DNA of 39,697 nt, filler included, from Acidimicrobiia bacterium (GTDB lineage: Bacteria > Actinomycetota > Acidimicrobiia > Spongiisociales > SHLN01), in the NCBI GenBank assembly GCA_041619515.1. It is 13 parts of 13 records of this genome, joined end to end, with 100 filler letters (N's around TTAATTAATTAA, not from the genome) between each part and the next. Parts side by side here need not be neighbours in the genome. Positions count along the whole stretch, not along the records: positions 15,022 to 18,511 come from JBFKDW010000136.1; positions 18,612 to 21,965 come from JBFKDW010000137.1; positions 22,066 to 25,247 come from JBFKDW010000138.1; positions 25,348 to 28,281 come from JBFKDW010000140.1; 9 more parts are not named here. The stretch is one strand, 5' to 3'. Shown here piece after piece: positions 17,733 through 26,277 of this stretch. The first letter of the stretch is position 1, and each line of letters begins with the position of its first letter. The notes beneath the pieces were generated by a model. It made no database searches and was not told where the DNA came from. It saw only the letters and a list, made by a program, of their open reading frames with translations. A program made the position numbers and the translations under genes.

Positions 17733-18359
17733 TCACGAACGAATCGAAGTCGGGGGGGTGGGCCGGCTGCCGACGTAGATCATGAACCCGATCACGATCA
17801 CCACAGCCACCCAGGCGACGATGGCGGCCGTGTGGCGGATCTGCTGGAGGCGGAGCCGGCGGTTCAAATCCTCGCGGCCCACCATGAGCTCAGGGTCGGG
17901 TAGGTCGATACGGGTGATGGTGGGAGGGGTGGCGGGCAGCGCGGTGACGACCGCGGTGGCGTGGGACGGCACAGGCTGGCGAGGGGTTTCCCGTCGGGGT
18001 GCCTTGGCGGGTTCCCTGCCGGCCATATCCCACGGCCGAAGAACAGGTGAGGTCGCCGGTCGGGCGCCCGACGCCGGAGCTCTCGGCTTCGGCGCGGCCG
18101 GCCGCTGCTGCCCATTGCTGGCGGCCGTCTTTCGGGGCTGCTTCTTGCAGCCACCCCGGCAGAAACGGGGGACCGGGCCGCGCGACTTGACCGTCACCTC
18201 GGCTCCGCACCGCTCGCAGTTGACGAGCTTGGGGCGGGCGGGGGGCTTGCGTGTTCGCTTACGCCGGCAATCGGCGCAATAGGACGGCACCGGCCCCTTG
18301 GCCTTCACCTCCACAGATGTATTGCAGCGCGTGCATGAGATTGTTTCCGGGCGACCCAC
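17733..18359 (-). CDS. Membrane-anchored protein with two tandem Cys4 zinc-ribbon repeats
   Basis: CTRC..VEVKAKGPVPSYCADC and CERC..VTVKSRGPVPRFCRGGC, Pro-rich linker, C-terminal TM. -10 TAAAAT 6 nt before the GTG. Confidence 0.75.
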   Translation of the reverse strand: MGRPETISCTRCNTSVEVKAKGPVPSYCADCRRKRTRKPPARPKLVNCERCGAEVTVKSRGPVPRFCRGGCKKQPRKTAASNGQQRPAAPKPRAPASGARPATSPVLRPWDMAGREPAKAPRRETPRQPVPSHATAVVTALPATPPTITRIDLPDPELMVGREDLNRRLRLQQIRHTAAIVAWVAVVIVIGFMIYVGSRPTPPTSIRS

Positions 18360-18393
18360 AAAACCATTTTACCTACAATCGGTGAACTTGGTC

Positions 18394-18410
18394 CACACAC
18401 TATGTGTGTG
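18394..18410. promoter_or_regulatory. Perfect inverted repeat CACACAC-N3-GTGTGTG in the divergent promoter region
   Basis: Lies between the -10 boxes of the zinc-ribbon gene and comM; function not known. Confidence 0.35.
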
Positions 18411-18436
18411 TCGCAGCCGCCGCGTACGGTGCAAGG

Positions 18437-18511
18437 ATGTTTGCATCCATCGCATCCACAGCCCTGGTCGGTGTTGAAACCCGGCCTGTTCAGGTGGAGG
18501 TCCACGCCGCC
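18437..18511 (+). CDS. comM: YifB/ComM Mg-chelatase-like AAA ATPase, N-terminal fragment
   Basis: MFASIASTALVGVETRPVQVEVHAA matches the usual ComM N-terminus; yraN-comM neighbourhood; -10 TACGGT 6 nt upstream. Confidence 0.75.
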
Positions 18512-18611
18512 NNNNNNNNNNNNNNNNNNNNNNNNNNNNNNNNNNNNNNNNNNNNTTAATTAATTAANNNNNNNNNNNNNNNNNNNNNNNNNNNNNNNNN
18601 NNNNNNNNNNN

Positions 18612-19346
18612 CGTTCCGGTGGAGATGAGGTCTCCCGGGCTGTAGCCGAGCGCCGAATAATGGGCGACGATCTCGGGGATCGACACCCACATGTTCCTCG
18701 TGTTCGAAACCTGGCGGTCCTCCCCGTTCACCTGCAGCAGCATGTCGAGGTTCTGCGGGTCGCCGACCTCGTCGGGAGTGACGATCCAGGGGCCGATCGG
18801 GCAGAAGGTGTCGATCGCCTTGCAGAACGAGAACACGCCGGACCTCATCTCGTCGCGCTGGATATCGCGGGCGGTGATGTCGTTGAAGATGGTGTAGCCC
18901 CCGATGTAGTCCCCGGCCTCGGCGGCGGTGAAATGCTTGCCGGCCTTCTTGATGACGATGGTGAGCTCGAGCTCGTAGTCGAGCTCGCTGGTGAGATGCT
19001 CGGGGTAGATGACGGGATCGTCCGGGCCGATAATGGCGTCGACGTTCTGGAAGAAGACGATCCACGGTGCTATCTCGTGCGACCAGTTGGCCTTTTTCGA
19101 CTCCTCCTCGTGCTCTCGGAAGTTGCCGGCGGTGTGGAAGAACTTCCTGGGAATGATGGGTGGCCGCAAGCGAACCCCGTCCAGGGGAATGGGCCGGCCG
19201 TCGGCGGCGCGGGCCAGGTCGAGGCCGGCGTCACCCATCTCGAAGAGGCTGCGCATGTCGGGGGCATCGATCCGTACGACGCTTTCGCCGCGAACGACGC
19301 CCGGATAGTCGATCCCGTCGGTGTCGGTGAAGGTCACGAGCTTCAT
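18612..19346 (-). CDS. Fumarylacetoacetate hydrolase family protein (3' partial)
   Basis: LDYELEL, GYTIFNDITARDIQ, CKAIDTFCPIGPWIVT, PGDLISTGT. Confidence 0.95.
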
Positions 19347-20593
19347 GTGGTCCCCGCTCCGCAGTAGTCGGCTGCTGCCACAGCATAGGAAGCGGCCAGC
19401 CCGACCAGGGATGCGATGGGCACACTCTCACCCTCCGGTCCCGGGAGGGCCCCCGAGATGGGCCCGTAGTTCACGGAGGGAATGCCGTGCCGGGTGAGCG
19501 TGGAGGCATCCGATCCCCATCGGACGTAGTCGCGCTCGGCCGGTGTCCCGAAGGCCGCGATATGGCCGGCGTCGATGGAGGCGATCACCGGATCGGTTTC
19601 GGCGATCTCGGCGCCCGGAACCGCCACGTAGACCTCCGAGGTGATCCCCGCATCCGGGTGGCGGTCGCTGATAGATGTCACCAGCTCGTCGAACGCTTCC
19701 CGGGCATCCGCCAGGGCCATGGTGGGCGGAACCCGCAGATCGAGAAACAGGTCGGTGCGATGCGGCGAGCGGCTTGCCCGCCACGGGAAGCCGCCGTTGA
19801 CGGCGGCCAGGTTGAGGGCGCCGGGACGGTTCTGGTAGGCGGCCCGCGCTTCCCACACGGGCACGAAGGCGGCCACCTCGTCGATCACCTGCGCCATCAC
19901 AACGATCGAGTTCTCCGCCAGCCGGCCCGGCACGTAGGCGGTATGCACGTATGGGCCGGCCGAGGAGATTCTCGCCCACATCGTCCCCCAGTGGCCCAGC
20001 ACGATCCGCTCCTCGGTGGGCTCTCCGAGGATGCAGGCGTCGGCCCGAACGCCCTGTTCGATGAGGTGGCGGGTGCCGACCCCATAGCCGCGGTATTCCG
20101 GGCCCACGTATTCGCCCCACTCGGCCTTCTCGATCTCGCCGGCGACTCCCGCCACCACCACGTCGCCGGCCAGAGTCACGCCGGCATCGCCGAGCGCCCG
20201 CATGGCTTCGACGTAGCAGGCCACTGCCCCTTTCATGTTCATGATCCCGAGCCCGAGGATTGCCCCGTCCTGCACGAGGGGAGCCGGCTTGAACCCGGGG
20301 GCGTCCAGCCACGCCTCCTTCCCCGAGTAGGAGGTGTCGAGGTGGCCGTTGAACATCAGGGTTGGACCGCCTCCCGAGCCGCGCCGGCGACCGACCGCGT
20401 TGGCGCGACCCGGCTCGATCTGCTGCAGGTCGGCCTCGAGCCCGGCCTCGGCCAGGGCTCCGCACAGGTATTCGGCGCAGGCCTGCTCGGATCCGGTGAA
20501 GCTGGGGATGGCGACCAGCTCTGAGGCGGTCCCCACCAGCCGGGCCTCGTCGACGGCCCCGATGATGGCCTGTACGACCTCGGGGGCGATCAT
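19343..20593 (-). CDS. M20 family metallo-hydrolase (ArgE/DapE-like)
   Basis: LVAIPSFTGSE, LMFNGHLDT, NMKG, ILGEPT, SDASTL...GIPSVNYGP. Start MIAPEVV at 20593 overlaps the LLM stop (ATGA). Confidence 0.9.
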   Translation of the reverse strand: MIAPEVVQAIIGAVDEARLVGTASELVAIPSFTGSEQACAEYLCGALAEAGLEADLQQIEPGRANAVGRRRGSGGGPTLMFNGHLDTSYSGKEAWLDAPGFKPAPLVQDGAILGLGIMNMKGAVACYVEAMRALGDAGVTLAGDVVVAGVAGEIEKAEWGEYVGPEYRGYGVGTRHLIEQGVRADACILGEPTEERIVLGHWGTMWARISSAGPYVHTAYVPGRLAENSIVVMAQVIDEVAAFVPVWEARAAYQNRPGALNLAAVNGGFPWRASRSPHRTDLFLDLRVPPTMALADAREAFDELVTSISDRHPDAGITSEVYVAVPGAEIAETDPVIASIDAGHIAAFGTPAERDYVRWGSDASTLTRHGIPSVNYGPISGALPGPEGESVPIASLVGLAASYAVAAADYCGAGTT

Positions 20594-21660
20594 GGCCGGA
20601 AGTGGGGGAGGACCTCGCGGCCGAACATCTCGAGCTGGCCGACTCGATCGTCCCCCCACAGCTCGAGCATGATGTGCGAGCATCCGGCGTCGCGGTACTC
20701 GCCGATGCGGTCGATGCATTCGGCGGGAGTGCCTGCGATCGGCCGGCATTTGTCGAGGATGTCATCGGTGACCTGCGCCTTGGCAGCCAGCCGGCCTCCC
20801 GCCTCCATCGCCGCCGCGATCGGCTTGATCTCTTCGAACGTCAGCCCGGCATTGTCGAGCAGGACGTCGGCCGAGCCCCGGATGTTCTGCACCTTGTTGG
20901 CGAGATACATGCCGGCGATCTCCCGGGCTCCGTCCCGGCCCCGATCGCGGTCCTCGTCGATGCTGGCAACGATGGTGCAGCCGAGGTCGATGTCTGCGCC
21001 GTCCCGGCCTGCAGCTGTAGCCGCCCGGTCCAGGTTGTCCCGGGCGTATCTCACGAACCCCGGAGTGGTGATGCTGGGGGTGAGGAGCCCATCGGCGATG
21101 GTTCCAGCGGTCTCCTGCATCTTCGGCCCGGTCCCTGCCATGTAGATCGGCACCTCCCAGCGGGGGGTGTCGGTGTCGTCCCGCAGCTGAGGGGCCCGGG
21201 CGGTGAACTCCTTGCCTGCCACCTCGACCTCCTCACCGGCGAGGTAGGACTTGATGATCTCGATCGCCTCCCGGACGTTGGTTAGGGGCCGCTCCGGCAT
21301 CCGCTCGCCCACCCCGATCGCCTTCATAAAGATCTTCGAGGCGCCCAGGCCGAGATAGAACCGCCCGGGGCCGGCTGCTTCCTGGGTAACCCGGGCCTCC
21401 ATGGCGATCTGGAGCGGATGGCGGGTGTAGGACGAGATGATGCCCCATCCGATTGCCAGCCGCTCGGTTTCCCGGGCAAGCAGCGGCGACAGGGCTGTCA
21501 CCGAGCGGGCTTCCATCGAGTGCTTGCGCCACCACGGATAGGCCTCGGCCAGCCACATGGTGTCGAACCCGTGCTCATCCATGAGGTGGGCGTGTTCGAT
21601 GATTTCCCCGAGCGGCTCCATCGTCAGCTGCATCACCCCGATGCGAAACGGGGGCGGCAC
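20590..21660 (-). CDS. LLM-class flavin/F420-dependent oxidoreductase
   Basis: GFDTMWLAE, TERLAIGWGI...TRHP, GRFYLGLGAS, VPIYMAGTGPKM...ADG. Confidence 0.92.
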   Translation of the reverse strand: MPPPFRIGVMQLTMEPLGEIIEHAHLMDEHGFDTMWLAEAYPWWRKHSMEARSVTALSPLLARETERLAIGWGIISSYTRHPLQIAMEARVTQEAAGPGRFYLGLGASKIFMKAIGVGERMPERPLTNVREAIEIIKSYLAGEEVEVAGKEFTARAPQLRDDTDTPRWEVPIYMAGTGPKMQETAGTIADGLLTPSITTPGFVRYARDNLDRAATAAGRDGADIDLGCTIVASIDEDRDRGRDGAREIAGMYLANKVQNIRGSADVLLDNAGLTFEEIKPIAAAMEAGGRLAAKAQVTDDILDKCRPIAGTPAECIDRIGEYRDAGCSHIMLELWGDDRVGQLEMFGREVLPHFRP

Positions 21661-21662
21661 GC

Positions 21663-21965
21663 TCAGCTCACCAGCGAGGCTGCCAGGGTGGTGAACTCCT
21701 CATCGCTCACCAGGCCGCCTTTCGAGACACTGAGATCTTTGACCGCCGCCAGCAGCTCGGCCCGGCGGTCCTCGGGGATGTCGATCCCCAACTCCCGGCC
21801 CTTGATGTCGATGCTGGCCAGGCCGCTCTTCTTGCCGAGGACGATCCCGCGAGGGGCGCTCACCACCTCCGAGCTGTAGGGCTCCACCGCTTGCGGATCA
21901 TGGAACTGCGCGGCAACTGCGCCACTTTCCCGGACGAACAAGTTGCGGCCGGTCAGGGGCTTGTA
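21663..21965 (-). CDS. DRE-TIM carboxyl-transfer/synthase (homocitrate/isopropylmalate synthase-like), C-terminal fragment
   Basis: KPLTGRNLFVRESG...VEPYSSEVV...IVLGKKSG...LLAAVK resembles the post-catalytic region of HCS/LeuA. Confidence 0.75.
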   Translation of the reverse strand, partial: YKPLTGRNLFVRESGAVAAQFHDPQAVEPYSSEVVSAPRGIVLGKKSGLASIDIKGRELGIDIPEDRRAELLAAVKDLSVSKGGLVSDEEFTTLAASLVS

Positions 21966-22065
21966 NNNNNNNNNNNNNNNNNNNNNNNNNNNNNNNNNNN
22001 NNNNNNNNNTTAATTAATTAANNNNNNNNNNNNNNNNNNNNNNNNNNNNNNNNNNNNNNNNNNNN

Positions 22066-22230
22066 CCGATCCTGGGACTCCGCCCGGCCCCCACATCCGT
22101 CACAGCTCACCGCAGCGGTGAGGGTCTCGATCCGGATGATGACCTCGCCGGCGTCTTCGGTCACCTCCAACACCCGGAATCCGTCCAAGCCGAGCAGCGC
22201 CTCCGCCAACCCGATACCGTGATCGCTCAC
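22066..22230 (-). CDS. ISL3-family transposase, N-terminal fragment running into the gap
   Basis: AEALLGLDGFRVLEV...IRIET...CDGCG (zf-ISL3 start); SD GGAG upstream. Confidence 0.85.
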
Positions 22231-22320
22231 CAGGGGTCTCCTGTCCGTCGAGCCGTTGAACAGCCCGAAGGATGGCGAGGCCCCTGGCCTCAACCGACGA
22301 TTGGCGGCGCTTCGGATATG

Positions 22321-23795
22321 AGCTCGCATGGCCGCTCTGTTGCGGCCATTGATGCGCGATGGAATGCTTGTGGTGTTGCCCGGGGCGTGGTCGCCGTCCC
22401 CTCTGTGAGCGTGAGAGCTCGGAATTAGCTTGGTGCGGGGGCCGGGGGATCGATGAGTGTCGCTGCGAGCGCGAACCCCAGTATCCGTGTGTCGTGTAGG
22501 TCCCTCCCTCGGGCGACGTAGACGTCGGAGGAGGAGGTGCCAGTGGAGACAATCAAGGACCGGGTAGCGGGGCTGGATGTGCATCGTGATCGGGTTGTGG
22601 CGTGTGCTCGGATCGTGGAGGGCACGCGGGTGAGGACGGTGAAGGAGTCGTTCTCGACCATGCGGGCAGGCGTGACCGAGCTGGGTGAGTGGCTCGACAG
22701 CCTCGGGGTGACGTTGGCCGTGCTGGAGTCCACTGGGGTGTATTGGAAGCCGGTGTATTACGGGTTGGAGCACCGCGTCGCCGAGCTGTGGCTGGTGAAC
22801 GCCATGCATGTGAAGCGGGTCCCGGGCCGCAAGACGGATGTCTCCGACGCCGAGTGGCTGGCGGATGTGGCCGCCCACGGGATGGTCCGGGCAAGCTTCG
22901 TCCCGCCACCTCCGATTCGGGAACTGCGGGAGCTGACGCGCTATCGCAAGACCCAGGTCGACGCCCGCACCCGGGAAATCCAACGCCTCGAGAAGGTGCT
23001 GCAGGACGCCGGCATCAAGCTGAGTTCGGTGGCATCAGGAACCTGGTCGAAGTCAGCACAAGCCATGATCGAGGCGATGATCGCCGGTGAACGCGACCCG
23101 GAGGTCCTCGCCGAGTTGTCGCTGAGCCGGATGCGGTCCAAGAAGCCAGCTTTGACGGAGGCGCTCGTCGGAGACTTCGGCGCTCACCACGGTGTCGTCG
23201 CTCGACAGATCATCGACCACATCGCGTTCCTCGACTCCTCGATCGATACCCTCACCGACCAGATCACCAAACGGATGGTTCCATTCGAGGGCGCCATCAC
23301 CCTGTTGTGCCAGATCCCCGGGTGGGGTCGCAGGACGGCGGAAGTGTTCGTCGCCGAGACCGGCGGGGACATGACTGTGTTCCCGACGCCAGCGCAGCTG
23401 GCATCCTGGTCGGGGATGGCCCCGGGTACGCACGAGTCAGCCGGGAAACGCCGACCCGCCGCGTCGATCCGGGGGAACCGCTGGCTTGGCCGGGCGCTGA
23501 TTGAAGCTGCCCGGGCTGCGGCGCGAACCAAGGGCACCTACCTGGCCGCGCAGTATCGCCGTATCGCGGCCCGACGCGGACCGAACCGGGCGTCCGTTGC
23601 GGTCGCACACACGATGGTCGTGTCCGCCTGGCACATGCTCACCACAGGTGAGACCTATCGAGAGCTCGGCGCCGACTACTTCACGCAGCGTCACGACCCG
23701 GAGCGCCGTGCCCGCCACCTCACCAACCAACTCCGACAACTCGGATACGAGGTCACCGTCACCCAAGCCGCGTGATAGAGGCATTCCACCCCAGC
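22321..23795 (+). mobile_element. IS110-family element with ~215-nt non-coding left end
   Basis: Bounded by AGC at 22321-22323 and 23793-23795. Right end only ~20 nt after the stop. TGGAATGC (22360-22367) / GCATTCCA (23781-23788) inverted repeat. Confidence 0.8.
22537..23775 (+). CDS. IS110-family DEDD recombinase (transposase)
   Basis: GLDVH, LESTG, KTDVSDA (DEDD), LRELTRYR, IPGWG, HESAG (Tnp Ser), VAVAH. Intact; strong SD GGAGGAGG (start 22537 or 22543). Confidence 0.97.
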   Translation: MPVETIKDRVAGLDVHRDRVVACARIVEGTRVRTVKESFSTMRAGVTELGEWLDSLGVTLAVLESTGVYWKPVYYGLEHRVAELWLVNAMHVKRVPGRKTDVSDAEWLADVAAHGMVRASFVPPPPIRELRELTRYRKTQVDARTREIQRLEKVLQDAGIKLSSVASGTWSKSAQAMIEAMIAGERDPEVLAELSLSRMRSKKPALTEALVGDFGAHHGVVARQIIDHIAFLDSSIDTLTDQITKRMVPFEGAITLLCQIPGWGRRTAEVFVAETGGDMTVFPTPAQLASWSGMAPGTHESAGKRRPAASIRGNRWLGRALIEAARAAARTKGTYLAAQYRRIAARRGPNRASVAVAHTMVVSAWHMLTTGETYRELGADYFTQRHDPERRARHLTNQLRQLGYEVTVTQAA

Positions 23796-23875
23796 GGGGT
23801 GTAGGGGTCCGCGGCGGGTAACAGGGGCCCTGCCAAGCTGGCGGTGTTCTACGCCGTCGAGCTCGGAGGACCCCT

Positions 23876-25180
23876 GTGGAGACGAACCCTATCCGCGTGT
23901 GTGAGCTGCTGGTGGGACTCCCGGACGTGAACGTGTTGGGTGTCGTCGACGACGACGGCGGGCCGCTGGGGGTCCATGTCGAGTGCCGGGTGGAGCGGCC
24001 GGCGTGTGCGGGGTGTGGGACGACGGCGCGGGTGAAGGATCGGCCCCGGATCGGGTTGGTGGACCTGCCGGCGTTCGGGCGACCCACCCGGTTGTGGTGG
24101 CATAAGCACCGCTGGTGGTGTGCGAACCCGGCGTGTGCGGTGGGGTCGTGGACCGGGGAGGATCGCCGCATTGCGGCGCCCCGGCTGGGGCTGACGGACC
24201 GGGCGGGACGGTGGGTCACCTACCAGGTGGGCAAGCTGGGCCGCAGCGTGGCGGAGGTGGCTCGGGAGTTGGGGTGTGACTGGCACACGGTCAACGACAC
24301 GGTGCTGGCCTACGGCGAAGCGCTCGTGGACGACGACCCGGGCCGCATCGGTGCCGTTGACGCCTTGGGTCTCGACGAGACATTGTTCTTCCGTAAGGGC
24401 CGGTGGCGGACCCAGCAGTGGGCTACCTCGATCGTCGATGTCGCCGCCCCCGGCGGTGCTCGCCTGCTGGATGTGGTGGCGGGCCGCAGCGCCACCGGCC
24501 CGTCGGAGTGGCTGGAGGCCCGCCCCGCCGAGTGGCGGAACCGGGTCCGTTACGGAGTGTTGGACCTGTCCGGCCCGTACCGCAAGGTGTTCGACGACAC
24601 CCTGGATCATGTCACCCAGGTCGCCGATCCGTTTCATCTGGTGCGGCTGGCCAACACCAAGCTCGATGAGTGCCGTCGCCGGGTTCAGAACGAGACGATG
24701 GGACATCGCGGCCGCAAGACCGATCCGCTGTATCGGGCTCGGCGGCTGTTGACCAAGGCCCACGAACGCCTCGACGACCGCGGCGAGCATCGTCTCATGG
24801 GCCTGTTGCGGGCTGGCGATCCCCGCGGTGAGGTGCGGATGGCGTGGCACGCCAAAGAAGTCATCCGGAGCATCTATGCGATCGACGATGCTGACCTGGC
24901 CGGCGACTTCGTCGCCCAACTCGCCGACGACCTCCAAGACGACTCCTGCCCCCCCGAAGTGCAGTCGCTTGGTCGTACCCTGCGGCGCTGGCTCAACCAG
25001 ATCGTCGCCTGGCACCAGGCCCGGGTCACCAACGGCCCCACCGAAGCGATCAACAACCTCGTCAAGCGCATCAAGCGGATCGGGTTCGGGTTTCGCCGAC
25101 ACCGCAACTACCGGATCCGGGCGCTGCTCTACGCCGGAAGACCCAACTGGGACCTACTCGCCACCATCACACCCCGCTGA
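23876..25180 (+). CDS. ISL3-family transposase
   Basis: CAGC...WWCANPAC zinc finger, HTH, GLDET, LDLS, ADPFHLV, TNGPTEAINNLVKRIKRIGFGF. Confidence 0.97.
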   Translation: METNPIRVCELLVGLPDVNVLGVVDDDGGPLGVHVECRVERPACAGCGTTARVKDRPRIGLVDLPAFGRPTRLWWHKHRWWCANPACAVGSWTGEDRRIAAPRLGLTDRAGRWVTYQVGKLGRSVAEVARELGCDWHTVNDTVLAYGEALVDDDPGRIGAVDALGLDETLFFRKGRWRTQQWATSIVDVAAPGGARLLDVVAGRSATGPSEWLEARPAEWRNRVRYGVLDLSGPYRKVFDDTLDHVTQVADPFHLVRLANTKLDECRRRVQNETMGHRGRKTDPLYRARRLLTKAHERLDDRGEHRLMGLLRAGDPRGEVRMAWHAKEVIRSIYAIDDADLAGDFVAQLADDLQDDSCPPEVQSLGRTLRRWLNQIVAWHQARVTNGPTEAINNLVKRIKRIGFGFRRHRNYRIRALLYAGRPNWDLLATITPR

Positions 25181-25347
25181 AATCCGATGAGCCACTTATG
25201 GCCGCCGACCCCCGCCCGCGTAGTTAGCCGCCTCGGAGCTAACAGTCNNNNNNNNNNNNNNNNNNNNNNNNNNNNNNNNNNNNNNNNNNNNTTAATTAAT
25301 TAANNNNNNNNNNNNNNNNNNNNNNNNNNNNNNNNNNNNNNNNNNNN

Positions 25348-26223
25348 CGGGCGCTCGTGCAGGGTGGCATCGGCGCCGCCGATCTGGCCGTAGGCGAGGA
25401 TCTCGGCCACGATCGGCAGGCCCTCGGCTTCGGCGGCTGCCCGGTCGGCCACGACCAGGGCAGCGGCTCCGTCGGAGATTTGGGAGGCGTTGCCGGCGGT
25501 GATGGTCCCGTCGGGGTTGAAGGCCGGGCGAAGGGCGGCCAGGGACTCCGGGGTCGAGTCGGGTCTGATCCCCTCGTCACGATCGACGGATACCGGGTCA
25601 CCGCGGCGCTGGGGAACCTCGACCGGCACGATCTCGTCGGCGAACACCCCGCTCTCGGTGGCGGCGGCGGCCCGGGTGTGGCTGGCCGCCGCCCACTCGT
25701 CCTGAACCTCCCGGCCGATACCGAGCCGGGCGGCGTTTCCGTCGGATTGAGCGCCCATCGTGCACTGGTCGAAGGCACAGAACAGTCCGTCGTGCTCCAT
25801 CGAGTCGATGACCGTTCCCGCGCCGTACCCGTATCCGTATCGCCCCTTGGGGAGCAGGTAGGGGGCGTTGGTCATGGATTCCATGCCGCCCGCAACCACG
25901 AAGGTGGCCTCCCCCAGCCGGATGGCGCGGTCGGCCATGGCAATGGCCGTGAGCCCCGACAGGCACACCTTGTTGATGGTGGTGGCCGGTACCGTCATCG
26001 GGACGCCGGCCTTGACGGCTGCTTGCCGGCTCGTGATCTGACCGGTGCCGGCCTGGAGCACGTGCCCGAACAACACCTCGTCGACCTTCCCGGGGCTGAG
26101 GCCGGAGCGCTCGAGTGCCCCCCGGATGGCGGCTGCTCCGAGGTCGACGGCAGGCAGGGAGCGAAAGGCACCGCCGAAGCGGCCGATCGGGGTGCGGGCG
26201 ATGGAAGCGATTACAGAAGCCAT
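25348..26223 (-). CDS. Acetyl-CoA C-acetyltransferase (thiolase), 3' partial
   Basis: RTPIGRFGG, TINKVCLSG (catalytic Cys), AGGMESM, DEGIRP, TAGNASQISDGA. -10 TACACT 7 nt upstream. Confidence 0.96.
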
Positions 26224-26277
26224 GTCGACAAGTGTATGTCGGAGCGCAGGATGGGAGGGGAGCTCGTTCGCCGGGGG

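Larger units (their letters stand above)
22306..25193 (+). mobile_element. ISL3 element whose left inverted repeat is interrupted by an IS110 insertion
   Basis: Right IR 25169-25193 (rc GGCTCATCGGATTTCAGCGGGGTGT). Left IR rebuilt from 22306-22323 + 23796-23802 (GGCGCTTCGGATATGAGCGGGGTGT) is 21/25 identical to it. Confidence 0.8.

Noticed and set aside
22298..25201. 8-bp target-site duplication around the ISL3 element
   Set aside because: Flanks CGATTGGC and ACTTATGG do not match; no TSD can be claimed.
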